DNA of 64,000 bases from Eukaryota sp. TZLM1-RC (taxonomy: Eukaryota > Protista > Metamonada: BaSk clade). A program made the position numbers and the translations under genes. The DNA lies in assembly GCA_040285825.1 (NCBI GenBank), contig JAUPSS010000007.1:62001-126000 (forward strand), read 5' to 3'. The notes beneath the pieces are model-generated. The model searched no databases. It saw only the letters and a program-made list of their open reading frames with translations, and was not told where the DNA came from. Positions 22,514 to 34,781 of the stretch are shown piece by piece (within the stretch, counting starts at the first letter, position 1; each line of letters opens with the position of its first letter).

Positions 22514-23424
22514 AACCTTTTTTTATTTTTTTGATTGTTTAAACTTCAACTTTAAATAATTTTAGCAAAACAAGATATATCTTGATCGAATCACTTTGAT
22601 TTTAAGTACAACCTACAGAATCAATGCTAGGAATCATCAATGTCATGTTGTCCCTACAATGCTTTACTCTTCTTCCTTGAAAGGAATTGAAAAGTTTTCC
22701 ACAACTTTTCTCCATTCAGTTTTGAACCATCTATATTGTGACCAAAATTTCAACAATTTTCACTAGTAGTTATGGGATACAAAACCATTTTGTGTTAGTC
22801 AAGGCTAAAGGCTACCTTCTTGTTTAGGAATGTATCACGTGAAGAATCACATCATCAATAGTTTAAATTCTGTTCTTGTTTAGTTTTAGTTAATTGTTCT
22901 TATTCCTTTTCACAAACTTTTAGTTTTATTTGTTTATGAACAACAGCGCACGAAAGTGAACAACTAGTCGTTGTAAATAAAAAGTGTTTGTCGTTTATCC
23001 ATTAATAAGGTGAAATGCAATCCACCAGCACAAATATAAGGAGCTCCTCCCTTTTCCGTGGTAATGCTAATGAAACAATAAATTGTTCCATAAAACCTCA
23101 TAAACAACGAGTGTAGCGTGTGCTCAAATAGTGAATTGCTGGTTGTAATTTAGTTATCTAATATTAAACAGTGACAAAAGGTGAGCAAAGTATACAATTC
23201 ATTTTTTCTATCAATAATATATTCAGAATCCATCACGTCATCTGGAGACAATTCGTTGTAATGAATAGGAAAATTGAAACAGACGTTACTAAGTTGTTGC
23301 TGAACTTACAAAAGCAATAGACCAGGAACTATAACAAGTCCACCTTTTCCGCAAATAAGATAGACAAAACCAATCGAATATTTGGATGCACAATTTCTAC
23401 TGAAATTTGGAGAAGTTTATTAGA

Positions 23425-24024
23425 TTTCTGCTTCTACTGATAGTCTTCCGTTTATAGAAAATGGGAAACTGATACACACAAAAGGCCCATTTCTATCACC
23501 AATAGCTTTTTCGACATCTTTGTCATATTTTCTATGTTGTTCGCTTTAAATTGATGAACACTTACAGGATTAAGTTTGACTGGATCACTCTACCATAAAT
23601 ACACAGTGGTTATCTATTTGTCTCAAGAAATTTCATCCAGTGCTTCACGGTAAAATACAATTTTTTGTTGTTCTCAATCCAGGTACGATTTCTTTGAATA
23701 ACTTTCAAAAACTGGTTCAAGAAGTTTTTATTGCTTTCCCATTTTCGATAATTGGAAGATTTTCAGATGAAGCAGAAACTTTTTTGAATGACTTCCAAAA
23801 AATGGTTCAAGAAAGAACAATGAAAAGATTTGATATTATTTTATGGCGTTCTCGGATTCAATTTGCCATTATTAATAGATTACCTCGGTTTTTCAATCGA
23901 ATAAGAGAACGTTTAGCTAGACAGCAAGCAGATCAAGATTTAGTAGAGGAAATCTTGGTTCAATGATAGCCGTCCCATTAGTTGTGAATTAATTTACCTA
24001 AGTGTGCATATTCAGTAAATATAA
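23425..24024. mobile_element. Two family 1 retroelement fragments in opposite orientation (23425-23580 minus; 23695-24024 plus)
   Basis: Plus fragment encodes FIAFPFSIIGRFSDEAETFLNDFQKMVQE..RQQADQD and keeps the 3' UTR. The minus fragment matches 12385-12540. Confidence 0.85.
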
Positions 24025-24838
24025 AGAGCATGAAACAAAAATGACGAACAACTCAACTTGAGTCAGTAAAAATAGTTGTTATAAAGTAGCTTATAATGTT
24101 CCTGCTTTTAGGCACTAATTTATCAAAATTATTAACTCAATCCATCATTTCCCCCTTTATCTTAAACTTTAATTTTAGGAAATTTCTTGTCAATTGTTCA
24201 AGTTTTAACTATTAGAATGTATACTGATTTATAAGAAAATAAATGCTAGAAGGGGGTTTCCTTTATGTGTAGTTCATACACCAATACACCCAACCTTTAT
24301 TTTGAAAGCAATTTTACAACTCATTCTAGTGGTTAAATAATTCATTGAATTGTTGAATACAATCCATCAGTGCATTTCATTTTGAAAAACGGTATTGAAG
24401 TATCATTATGGTTGCCTACCAATTAAATTTACGTTTATTGCTGCCGTATTTTATTTGATAATGTATAATGGTTAACATTGTTTATTTCAACAATTGATTC
24501 TTCAAAGAACATCAAAAATCCAATGCGTAGAAATCAGTATTGGTTGAACAACAGAAAAGTAAACAAAAACGAAATAAAAAGGGGAAACTGATGAGAGAAG
24601 CTAGATAGCAAAGGGATTATCTGAAGTATTAAGTTTTGCTCAAGTAGTTTCAGAAGGAGAATGAAATAGAATATAATAGTTTATAACTTGGAAGAGTTGG
24701 TTGAAAAATTTCATCGTTAATGTAAAGATCAATCGACTTTATTCTATACAAGAATACAACAAAACGATTAAAAAGCACATCAAACAGATTATTTTTGCTT
24801 AAAAACAAAAAAAGCGAATACAAGAACAAGAACAAACA

Positions 24839-26950
24839 CTATTTGGTAAAGGGACTTGTTACTGAATTACTACTAGAAGCTGTTGCAAAAGAAGATTGGT
24901 TGGACCCCATCATTCTTGCAAATGCCTGGTTGTTATTAACTGAACCAAATGGAGATCCAAAAGAAGGTGAATCTGTGGTGTTTTGATTTCCAACTAAACT
25001 CATGTTACCAAAAGAACTACTGAAATTAGGTTGCGGTCGTGTTGAGGTAATGCCACCGGAATTGGTAGCAAAAAGACCACTGGGTTTGGTGGATTTAAGT
25101 TTGGTGGTACTGTGATGCTCACTTGAAGTGGTATTGGTTGAGGGGGCAGTGACACCAAAACTTGTAAAGCTAGAAACACTTTCCTTATTGTCAATAGTGG
25201 ATGTGGAACCAAAAGCAAAAGGAGAACTTGAAGAAGCAGACGGTTCTTTTGAGTTGACGAATCTTAATGACGAAAACTGTGGTAGTAAATTATTTTCATC
25301 ATCAACAAAATTTGAATCTTTAGTTGATGTGTTTTGAGAAATTTTGATAAACCTCCTTGACCCTGCCGATCGATCGGAAATGTGAGGGAAAGATGAAAAT
25401 GACTTGGATTCGCTACTGACAAATGGTAAAGCACCAAAAGGGTTAGTTTTGATAGATTCAATTTGATTGAAATTGTACTTGGACTCTCTACCCAATAACT
25501 GTTGACATAGTTGGCCAATAGTATCCACTGAACAATTCTTAACAATAACCTTTTCTACCCATTCTTCCTTGTTTTTATTGAGTGATTTAGAAAGATTTAA
25601 ATTTAATAATAAATCAGTTGGAATAGTAAAAACATCCGGAAGTGAATTAAATTCATAATGATCTATAGCTTCACCTAATAACCAAGAATTTGAATATTTG
25701 ATTGAATAATTAATGAGAGAAACGAATTGATTTTCGTCCAAGGTGTTGAATTCTATTTTTGAAAGGGCTAATTCAAATTCATTACTAGGAAGAAGAGGAG
25801 AACCGAATGGGTTTGAGTCGAGATTTGAAATAACACCAAGATCATTGGTGCTAATCAATTTGGAATTATTAACAAAATTAAGAACCAATTTCTTTTTTAA
25901 TTCTTTATCAACAAAAAGAAACAGAAATTCTTTTGATTGTTCAATTGAAGGAAGATACTCTGGATCAACTTGCACCATAAAAAGAACTAATTGAGCTCTT
26001 TTCGAAATATTCAGCGCGTTAACATCAATTATTTCTTTTCCCAGTATTTCTCTCAAAAGATTTATTTGAAAACAACTCGATTTCGATTCTAAATCATTAA
26101 GGCAAGTGTTTAAAATTGTTTTGAATTTTTGAAGAGAATCAATAGCTCTAGATATACTTTCTTCTGCTTTAACCTTGACATTTTCATCAAAATTGATTGA
26201 TTCTTCAATAACATTGCAAGAATCGATTTGTTGAATTTTTGACTGTGACTGCCAAATCAAATCACCAATCAAATCATAAATGATTGATTGGTTTTCTTCA
26301 ATAGTTTCCTTTACCAAATTCAACACTTTGCCACCATATTCAACCAAAGGGATGCTAGCAGTAGTTAAACCAGTTTGAAGTTCATTGGCTTGTTTTGTAA
26401 AGAATTCCCTTGCTTTTGTGAATGGAATGAGAGAATTTTGATGGAGAGAATGACTGTTATTTTCCGATCGATCGGAATTACAAGAATCACAAAAAGCGAC
26501 CTTGCATTTGGTACAGAAATAACTTAAAGTTTTTCCTTTGTGGTGAGGACATCTCGGAAGGGAAAGTTCTGATCGAAGAGAAATGGGAACAGGATGGTGG
26601 GATTGGAACACTTTCATTTGGTGAACTTCAGAGGAACAATCTTGGCAAAAAGAGACATCACAATCCTTGCAGAAGAGGGTAGCATCAGCATCTTCGCAAT
26701 TGGGACAAAGTTCGGGTTCGGGTTCGAGCTGAGTTGTGGTAGAGGTCTGATTCATGGCATCGATGGCTTGCTGCATAAGATAGTTGACACGGAATAGACC
26801 CGGGGGAAGGGGTTCTCGACAGATTGGGCATGTGGAGTTGGATTTCTGCCAGACCAGAAGACATTTATCCCTACAGAAACTGTGTCCGCAGGGAAGAGTC
26901 GTTGGTGTTTCCATGGTTTCTAGGCATTGCGCACATTCGAGATGAGACAT
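24839..26950 (-). CDS. TRIM-like RBCC protein with short Ser/Thr/Asn-rich FG-containing tail (703 aa)
   Basis: Core nearly identical to 15004-18060 but lacks the GLEBS-like segment. Has one copy of the repeat unit plus SSFG and PSFGSPFG. Confidence 0.9.
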   Translation of the reverse strand: MSHLECAQCLETMETPTTLPCGHSFCRDKCLLVWQKSNSTCPICREPLPPGLFRVNYLMQQAIDAMNQTSTTTQLEPEPELCPNCEDADATLFCKDCDVSFCQDCSSEVHQMKVFQSHHPVPISLRSELSLPRCPHHKGKTLSYFCTKCKVAFCDSCNSDRSENNSHSLHQNSLIPFTKAREFFTKQANELQTGLTTASIPLVEYGGKVLNLVKETIEENQSIIYDLIGDLIWQSQSKIQQIDSCNVIEESINFDENVKVKAEESISRAIDSLQKFKTILNTCLNDLESKSSCFQINLLREILGKEIIDVNALNISKRAQLVLFMVQVDPEYLPSIEQSKEFLFLFVDKELKKKLVLNFVNNSKLISTNDLGVISNLDSNPFGSPLLPSNEFELALSKIEFNTLDENQFVSLINYSIKYSNSWLLGEAIDHYEFNSLPDVFTIPTDLLLNLNLSKSLNKNKEEWVEKVIVKNCSVDTIGQLCQQLLGRESKYNFNQIESIKTNPFGALPFVSSESKSFSSFPHISDRSAGSRRFIKISQNTSTKDSNFVDDENNLLPQFSSLRFVNSKEPSASSSSPFAFGSTSTIDNKESVSSFTSFGVTAPSTNTTSSEHHSTTKLKSTKPSGLFATNSGGITSTRPQPNFSSSFGNMSLVGNQNTTDSPSFGSPFGSVNNNQAFARMMGSNQSSFATASSSNSVTSPFTK

Positions 26951-26974
26951 GGGGTTGATTAAATTTCAGGAGAA

Positions 26975-27290
26975 AATTTCGCTTGTTTTGATTGATCTTA
27001 AAGACAGTTGCTCAAGTTGCCTAATCTCCCAAATTCCCAACATTTATGGCCTTCTACTTAATGATCACCAATGGACCACTGCAATGAGAATGAGATGTTT
27101 TCTATGGCCTTGTTCTTTACCAAATGATTTTATTTGTCGCTGCAAGAGTGTTGGTTCGCTTTCCCATATTTCAAACTGTAAGTATTTCATAACTTATCGC
27201 TTAATTGTTCATGACTCAGTTCATGATCAATTATATGCCATGTGCAAAAGTTTCGATATAGAGGCATTTATTGAGCCATTAGTACGTATG
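26975..27290 (+). mobile_element. Family 2 RLE retroelement fragment (mirror copy 48335-48650, minus strand)
   Basis: PNIYGLLLND..MRMR..CRC..SHISNCKYFITYR..HDSVHD, homologous to family 1 PRRFGLCATN..CIC..HALNCSKLITYR..HDAVRD. Confidence 0.8.
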
Positions 27291-28337
27291 GATCTCATAA
27301 TGTTAGTGCTTCATTCTTTTTGCTTATACAGATAATTCAATTGACTAATTATAGAATAATGATAGACATACTCGACTGGGCGTATAGATTGAGTTTTCCA
27401 AAGCTAAGATGTCCAATTATAAGTTTGGAAATTGGTCAAAAACTGAGTTGTAGATAACATACATTTTTAGTATTAAATGGTATGAAATTACAGTCTCTCT
27501 ACAGTTCTCTCTTCTAATCATCGACAAAGTGTGGGTTCCTTTGGATAATAGATTTGAGCTTTGAGGAGATTTAATGAAATATGATCTTCACAGTATTTTC
27601 AAAGTATTAACAACCCGCAGGAAACAACATTTTACATATTCTGGAAAAGATATAGTAGCACAATTGTCTTTCACCAAAAGCATAAATTGTACATTTAATA
27701 TATTTTTTGTCTTCAAAAATACAAAAGGGGTTCACCCAAAAATATGGTCAACAATTTTTCAAGTTCAATTTTTGAAAAATTGAAAAATAGGTTAGGATTG
27801 TTCATCATTTTACCGAATCTTCAACAAAATATAAGGACAAGTATGACAATATTTTGAAAAGATTAAATGTTTAGGTTGAAATGAAACTGTCATGAATTAA
27901 CAACTAACAAACTACATCATCTCTCCTACATATCCACGGAATACATTAACCAAAAACATATCAGATATATGAAAACATTTAATACCATGGTAATCTGAAT
28001 GATAATCGACATCGTTATAAAAAGGATTAAGTTATTTAATTCTAGTATTCATCATTTTATGACCATTGCAATTTGTAGCTAATTGTAATTGTGATTGACC
28101 AGTATTTTCTTTTAATTCTCAATTAGTCTAGTGTGATAGAAAAATCACTAACAACTGTTCACAAAAGCTTTTCAATAGAAATAATTGTTCTATAATATGT
28201 TTGCAATTGCAGAAACCAGAACGAGTGGTAATGAAAGGCCTCAATATCTGTGTAGTAGATAGTTTTTCTGATTCATTCACACGAAAATTGATCATCCTTG
28301 TTGTTTTGGGCTTTCAATTCAACCTGTGATCCTCGAA

Positions 28338-29066
28338 ATGAAATACTTGTTCGGCAAAGCTAAACCTGAAACAGAACCATGTGCACATTGTGAAGCAGGT
28401 CCCATATCTCTCTTTTGCTCTGACTGTAAGTTTTCTTTCTGTGAAGCCTGTGCCTCTCGGAGCCACTTCAGCATGCTTTTGAAATCCCACAACCTCGTCT
28501 CCGTTTCACAGAAAAGCTCTGTCTCTTCCTCTCGTTTTTCTCAACCAGTTTCAAGAAAGAGATTGAGCAGAGAAAGTTACCGAAATTTGTACTCAGTTAA
28601 TGTCTCGCCACATCAACCAATCCAAAAACCCAAAACCTTCAATACTCATAGAAGTGGTTCTGGCATGATTTTTTCTGATGATAATAGAAGGACGATGAAT
28701 ATTTGCTGTAGTGAATTTGAGCAGTGTAACTTTGCGGTCATTAATTTCAACCCTGAGGAATTCCAAATTGCCCTCCAAAGAACTCATGTAGATGACCATT
28801 TTCTCAGTGAATTCATTGGGTTTTGGGAATCACACAGGATTAAGATTGCCAACCATCGTGGTGGTATTTGTTATGGTACATCTGATCGGCAAGAATTCCT
28901 TCTTCCTCCAATGAAAACAGGAGACATTTTGTATGTCAATATAGAAGGTGGAAGAGCATGTTTCAAACTCAATGACTACAGCGATACCAAAACAATTCCT
29001 TCTGGTACTGTATTTGGTATATGGACTCGTAAGGGTAGTGAATACTCAATTGTAGATTATAAGTAA
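28338..29066 (+). CDS. B-box + SPRY-like domain protein, no RING (242 aa from ATG)
   Basis: B-box CAHC..CSDC..CEAC..H..H. FNTHRSGSGMIFSDDNRRT and MKTGDILYVNIEGGRACFKLN resemble a PRY/SPRY-type beta-sandwich; the SPRY call is tentative. Confidence 0.7.
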   Translation: MKYLFGKAKPETEPCAHCEAGPISLFCSDCKFSFCEACASRSHFSMLLKSHNLVSVSQKSSVSSSRFSQPVSRKRLSRESYRNLYSVNVSPHQPIQKPKTFNTHRSGSGMIFSDDNRRTMNICCSEFEQCNFAVINFNPEEFQIALQRTHVDDHFLSEFIGFWESHRIKIANHRGGICYGTSDRQEFLLPPMKTGDILYVNIEGGRACFKLNDYSDTKTIPSGTVFGIWTRKGSEYSIVDYK

Positions 29067-30124
29067 TCAATTTTTTTAGAATCAGGAGAATTAAATAAAT
29101 ATTTATAGAATTTATTCAATTTTTTCAAGGAGACTTTGTATCTGCAAATTTATTATAAATTAATTCAAATTATTTCCAATATTGTGTCGAGGAGATGTTT
29201 TCTTTGAAAGACAAATTGTGCTCACAATTCACTGTTTTTCCGCCGAAGTACAGATTGGTCACAAACCATGTAACAATGTTTTAAATGGCAATTTACTTTT
29301 TCTTTACGTTTTTGATAGAATTGAACTTCAGTTCAAGTAACTTTCAGCTGATGCAATTGGCAACCCAGATTCTATTTTAGGCAAAATTGATGAAATTTCC
29401 AATATATTATTTGAAAGATTGATTATAATTTCTGAAACAGTTGAACAATTCTACGAATTGGTTGTACAGAAACAGAGCAACTTTACCATGATAAGAGGCT
29501 GTTTCACTTTGATAGTCTATTTAAATCCACAAATGCTTTCATGACGAAACTTGAAGGTTAATGAGTTTAGTGCTAAAGTTTGAAAATTCAGTTGATTGGG
29601 TGTGGACTCTAACCATGCTTATGCTAGTCGACAATATGGTGGTTTGAATTGACCTTAAACTGATATTTGTCACTATTGTGCCACGAAAGTTTGGGCTTTG
29701 TGCTAATAATGGTGCTGTCTAAATGTAATCAAATATCTCTGCATTTACGACATGATCGTATTTGCTGGTATAAAAGCAATTCGACAAAATACTTAGATAC
29801 TACCTCAATAAAAACCATTGACAATTCCACAATCAAAATAATTTGCTGGTTTTAATCTTGGACAAAACAATTAGCAAGGGAATATTCACGATCAAAAAAG
29901 CAACCTATTCACTCTTGTATTGTCGTCTTTGGAATTGTTGAGAATACCTTGCTGGAACATTTTCATATTTATAACATGTGAAATTGTAGCCAAAACACAC
30001 CAATGGAGCCTTGCAATGAATGATCAGCTGAAGTTAAAGACTTTTCAAATACATTTCAAAAAGGGACAAGAGAGTTTTGTGGTAAGAATATTTTATGTTT
30101 TTTCGGAATTTCTGTGCAATTTAT

Positions 30125-32570
30125 AAATAAATTTATATTTATTGAATTTGTACACTTGATTAAATTAAATCATAACTAATGGGACGACTATCATTAAACC
30201 AAGATTTCCTCTACAAAATCTTGATTTGCTTGCTGTCTAGCTAAAGCTTCTCTAATTCGATTGAAAAACCGCGGTAATCTATTAATAATGGCAAATTGAA
30301 TCCGTGAATGCCATAAAAAAATATCAAATCTTTTCATTGTTTTTTCTTTCACCATTTTTTGGAAGTCATCCAAAAAAGGTTCTGCTTCAACTGATAATCT
30401 TCCATTTATCGAAAATGGGAAAGCAATAAAAACCAGCTGTGTATTTCTATCGACATTTGCATCTTCAATTTCTTTATCATATTTTCTATGTTTTTCTTTT
30501 GCTTTAAAATCCAGAGCAGCCACAGGATTAAGTTTTCTTCTGTGAACCAAAGTATCGTTTGCAACATAACATGAGACAAAGTCAACAATAGCTTCAGAAT
30601 TATCAATCCAATCACAGTATACATCACCTCTATCTTCAGAACCAAAATTATTCAGAGAAAGTGTTTCCTTCAGCAGGGGCTCTTTGATACACGATATCCT
30701 TGCAGTTTGTGCCATATTGAAAACAGTGTCTCTAACAGCATCATGTAATGAAGAACGATAAGTTATCAATTTAGAGCAATTTAGAGTATGGCGCAAAGTA
30801 AGTTGAGGTGAATTCGAACAAATACATTTTTACTTTTGATAATAATTGGTTAATGGGGATGTTCAAATATAATCTCATTTTTGTTACAAATGCTTCATTA
30901 GTGGCACACAATCCAAATCTTCGTGGTACAATGGTTACAAAAAGTGAAGAATCTGACGCCTTGTTTTCACAAACACCCTTTTCCAATAACAATGAGTGAA
31001 GATCTTGATTTAAAACAGCCGAGCTCCAAATATTATTATAAAGATCTTTTTCATACATTCCAGTCAATCTTTTCTGTAATGTTCGAAGAGTGTACTTCAA
31101 ATTTAAAACAGTTTTTTCTGGAATATTGCCATTGAATGATTGGGGAAAACATCGACCCCATTTTTCTACATCAATTCTTGAAATTTCTTCATTTAATGCA
31201 AAAACAGTGGAACTTTGCGTTGTCATCAATAAATCTTCCCAATCTGCAAATCTTTCGGAAAACTCAAAGATTGCATTTCTGCATCCACCAACAAAAGCAC
31301 ACGAGGTAAGAATAGAAGCCTTCGTCCACCCTAAACCACCATAATGTGGACTAACGTAAGCATGATCTGGAATTTGAAACATTTTACATCCCAGTAATTG
31401 AGACAGAACTTTTGCACGTAACTCATTAAATTTTTGAGCCAAAGGTCTAGTGACGAGAGGATTTGTAGATCGAAATATATGATTAAAATTGGAACAAAAC
31501 ACAGTCTTATAATGGTAAATTTGATGTGTTTTTTTATATCTAAATTCATCATTCGGTCAATTTTGTCAGAAATTGAGTTCAACTTTTCAAACAATTTTTT
31601 GGTAATTTCATCATTATTTCCTAAAAATGAACCCAAATGACGAATAGCATCAATTGAATATAATTTGGCTTGAATTTCAATATCATCAATTATTGTGGAA
31701 ACTGGAGAATTCGATAACAAAACACATTTAAGTAAATTAAGTCGGAGACCAATTTTGGTAAATAATTCTTTAAATCATACAGTTGCTTTTTTCACAATAT
31801 TTAAATCACCAATAAGCACAACATCATCCATATATGCAATCATTTTTAGTGAAGGAAACATCTCTTGAATTTGCAGTAGAATAGGATGAATGGCCAAACA
31901 AAACAAAAGAGGTCCTAACGGATCTCCTTGCTTTATGCCACTTGATGAACTCAAAATGTTGTTACCAAAATGTAAATTAGAATATGTGCAATATGTTGAT
32001 TGAAAATATGGTATTAATTCCGGCATATATTGCAATAGAGCACCATGGATACTGCGACGACTTAGTGAATTGAAAGCATTACTAAAATCCAATGACATGC
32101 AAACATTGGATTCATTTTGACGAAATAAGTCATCAGCAGCAAAAATCGCTGAAGAGACTCCATCTGTAGTATTTATACCATATTGAAAGGGTAATAAAAT
32201 CTTTTTAGCTTTTTCATTGAACCTGCTTAAGCAACACGCAGAAAAAATATTGTGTAAGCTCTCAGAGACTGCAATAGGACGAACATCCATTTTTGAATTT
32301 TTGACAAGTGCAGTCAAACGAGAACTTCTTAATTCTTCTGGGTATTTGCGTTGACCAGATAATATTTGGTTGAAAAATTTGGTCAATAAACCAAGGCAAT
32401 CTTCTGAAGAAATAATCGCGGCTTTTACATGATCAATAGTAATACCAGAAAGTCCGGCAGACTTACCACGAGGTCTCTTTTTGATAACCGAAAAAACTTC
32501 TGATGGCATCAATGGATAATTTTCCCAATGGTGCAATTTATACAATTTAGCTTTGGTATCAGCACAAAAG
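30125..32570 (-). mobile_element. Longest family 1 CRE-like non-LTR retrotransposon copy (RT + Zn knuckle + RLE), 5'-truncated and frameshifted
   Basis: RT motifs VRPIAV, FQYG, LDFSNAFN, GIKQGDPLGPLLF, YMDD, HLGS, GGLG; then HDAVRD, RGD..IVD, KHRKY. No APE domain seen. Confidence 0.92.
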
Positions 32571-34694
32571 AAGTTTTATTGAGCTCTTGAACTGCTGAAT
32601 GTTTGATTAGGGTGTAGATTTTGAGCTTCAACGCACCTTTGTTTTGTCTTGGATTCAACAATAACCAAAATTTGTTGGATGAGAACGTTATAACGAGAGG
32701 TGTGACAGTTATCCATTTCAATTGAAAATCAGAGTGTATTTGTCTATCGATTTTGTTGTCAATAAAGAAGCTTTCTCCATCTTCTCCATAGAATAAATTG
32801 TCGTTTCTGAATAGGTCTTCTCTGTTTTATTTTAGGAATGTAATAATAGTTTCAACAAATGTGATTGGTAATCCACGTATTTGTACTTCCCAACAGAAAT
32901 TGTTTTGGAAAACATAGTTCACCTAATTTGATCTTGATAATTGTTTCACAACGCATAAGTGGAAACACTAAGGGCAATACAAACATCTGTTGGGTATTGT
33001 TTCCTGATACGCGTTTCTTTGTTTATCAAAGAAACAAGCTCGAAATCTTCAATTTTTAAGAGAGAATTAGTGAATGTAAATATGACATCAATTATGGAAA
33101 AAGCCAATGGCACCATTTTTCTACAGCTGCAACGAAATAATTAGTCCATTTGAGAACAGAAAATGTTATTTTGGAAGAACAAGAGGATAGATGATTCTGA
33201 TCTACCAAATAGATCAATGTCATCAGCAAAAGCAATATTTGTTTTTCATTTTCACGGTCAAAGTGCTGTACCCTAGTTTGCAAATCAATAGAATCACAAC
33301 TCAAGGAAATCACGTTACTGGTAGACATAAATTCAATGTCCATTTTGTCCAAATCAACCAATCATTATCTTCTGAGAAATTACTCACTGCAAATCATAGA
33401 GCTCCTGCTCCCAATACTAATTTATGCTCCATCTGTAGTATTTATACCATATTGAAAGGGTAATAAAATCTTTTTAGCTTTTTCATTGAACCTGCTTAAG
33501 CAACACGCAGAAAAAATATTGTCTAAGCTCTCAGAGACTGCAATAGGACGAACATCCATTTTTGAATTTTTGACAAGTGCAGTCAAACGAGAACTTCTTA
33601 ATTCTTCTGGGTATTTGCGTTGACCAGATAATATTTGGTTGAAAAATTTGGTCAATAAACCAAGGCAATCTTCTGAAGAAATAATCGCGGCTTTTACATG
33701 ATCAATAGTAATACCAGAAAGTCCGGCAGACTTACCACGAGGTCTCTTTTTGATAACCGAAAAAACTTCTGATGGCATCAATGGATAATTTTCCCAATGG
33801 TGCAATTTATACAATTTAGCTTTGGTATCAGCACAAAAGAAGTTTTATTGAGCTCTTGAACTGCTGAATGTTTGATTAGGGTGTAGATTTTGAGCTTCAA
33901 CGCACCTTTGTTTTGTCTTGGATTCAACAATAACCAAAATTTGTTGGATGAGAACGTTATAACGAGAGGTGTGACAGTTATCCATTTCAATTGAAAATCA
34001 GAGTGTATTTGTCTATCGATTTTGTTGTCAATAAAGAAGCTTTCTCCATCTTCTCCATAGAATAAATTGTCGTTTCTGAATAGGTCTTCTCTGTTTTATT
34101 TTAGGAATGTAATAATAGTTTCAACAAATGTGATTGGTAATCCACGTATTTGTACTTCCCAACAGAAATTGTTTTGGAAAACATAGTTCACCTAATTTGA
34201 TCTTGATAATTGTTTCACAACGCATAAGTGGAAACACTAAGGGCAATACAAACATCTGTTGGGTATTGTTTCCTGATACGCGTTTCTTTGTTTATCAAAG
34301 AAACAAGCTCGAAATCTTCAATTTTTAAGAGAGAATTAGTGAATGTAAATATGACATCAATTATGGAAAAAGCCAATGGCACCATTTTTCTACAGCTGCA
34401 ACGAAATAATTAGTCCATTTGAGAACAGAAAATGTTATTTTGGAAGAACAAGAGGATAGATGATTCTGATCTACCAAATAGATCAATGTCATCAGCAAAA
34501 GCAATATTTGTTTTTCATTTTCACGGTCAAAGTGCTGTACCCTAGTTTGTAAATCAATAGAATCACAACTCAAGGAAATCACGTTACTGGTAGACATAAA
34601 TTCAATGTCCATTTTGTCCAAATCAACCAATCATTATCTTCTGAGTAATTACTCACTGCAAATCATAGAGCTCCTGCTCCCAATACTAATTTAT
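32158..34694. repeat. Tandem direct duplication with 1269-bp period (32158-33425 / 33427-34694)
   Basis: Identical ORFs offset by 1269 (32509/33778, 33092/34361). The unit holds the RT 5' part plus non-element flank; a few SNPs separate the copies. Confidence 0.95.
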
Positions 34695-34781
34695 CTCTAC
34701 ATTAATTTTTCAACGTTTTTCTCATGGTACCCAACACAAATTTATAAGAATTTTTATTTACAAATGAACCAAACCCAAACC

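Larger units (their letters stand above)
24030..32009. repeat. Left arm of an ~8-kb inverted duplication
   Basis: Reverse complement of 43612-51601. Mirrored coordinates sum to about 75621-75631 throughout (e.g. 28326+47298, 24839+50789). Confidence 0.95.
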
